From: the human T2T-CHM13v2.0 reference genome, Homo sapiens
Length of the DNA stretch: 64,000 nucleotides
Reading direction: 5' to 3' (one strand)
NCBI RefSeq assembly: GCF_009914755.1
Contig: NC_060945.1
A program made the translations under genes and the position numbers. Shown piece by piece: positions 63,323 through 64,000 of the stretch. Position 1 is the first letter of the stretch, and every line of letters starts with the position of its first letter. The notes below the pieces were generated by a model. It was not told the DNA's origin, did not search any database, and saw only the letters and a program-made list of their open reading frames with translations.

Positions 63323-64000
63323 GAAGAGGTGCCGGTTTGAAGGGGCGAGGACAGAGCGTGGACTTGCGGAAAGTTAGGTGGCCTTGGTGATTTAATCTCT
63401 CAAACCTTCGGTTTTCTTATCTGTAACACGTATTAGAGAAACTGTGTCTTGTCGGAACCTACCCCTCAGTGGGGGTAATCCCAGCTGTTTGTCCTCAGCT
63501 CATTTCTAACTGAACTGCAGGCTTCTCAAGAGCAGCCAGGATGTCACCTTTTCATCACCTAGCACCAGCTCAGGACCTGGCTCATTAATTTATTGAACAA
63601 ATGAATGTGGCAGAAAATTTGCTATTGGTGTTGGACTGTGTTTAAACTTTGTTTCATGTTTATCATGGTTAAACCTCCATCAGAGGTAAACAACTATGTT
63701 AATTATTACATCAAACTTCTGTACATCTTGCCCCAAATGGGATCATTTATTTGTTCAGGATAAAATGTTTTTGAAGTTTTTAGCACACCTGATAGTTGTA
63801 TTTCTTCTAGATTGGGCTTGGATATTGTTATTACTCAGGAATCTGGTTGAATGTTTGATTGTATAACTCTGCCTTTGACATATGTAATTAAATGAGTTTG
63901 TATTTAATGTGTTCCTTGAGGCAGCCAGGTGTATTTACCTCAGAACTGTTGAAGGCTTGCCATGTCTCTAGGACTCATTGGTACCTTTAAGGCATCTCTA

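Overview
Human (primate) genomic DNA, recognised as the chr21q22.11 head-to-head locus CRYZL1 (minus strand) / ITSN1 (plus strand). The left half holds CRYZL1 non-coding exon 1 (~31495-31560) and coding exons 2-6, which splice in frame with GT-AG borders to give the first ~110 aa ([22 protein letters not shown]...VRVHEHYL). The rest of that gene lies left of the window. A CpG island (~31380-33310) is the bidirectional promoter and contains the non-coding ITSN1 exon 1 (to 32527); the right half is ITSN1 intron 1. Most other sequence is interspersed repeat: about 60 Alus, L1/L2/MIR, LTRs (LTR2, THE1, MST, MER21, LTR33/MLT) and DNA transposons (MER30, Charlie1, Tigger, MER33, MER5A, MER91). Nearly all ORFs in the supplied track are Alu, L1 or CpG-island artefacts. 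I found no evidence for a new multi-gene system. The best leads are small. They are a CRYZL1 start-codon exon with recursive-splice architecture, a sense-oriented solo LTR2 in CRYZL1 intron 4, two locally templated insertions 1.1-1.2 kb from their donors, a duplicated GATA/ETS cassette, ITSN1 uORFs and a candidate cryptic exon. Gene and repeat names come from recall, not database searches. Repeat boundaries are approximate unless target-site duplications (TSDs) are quoted.
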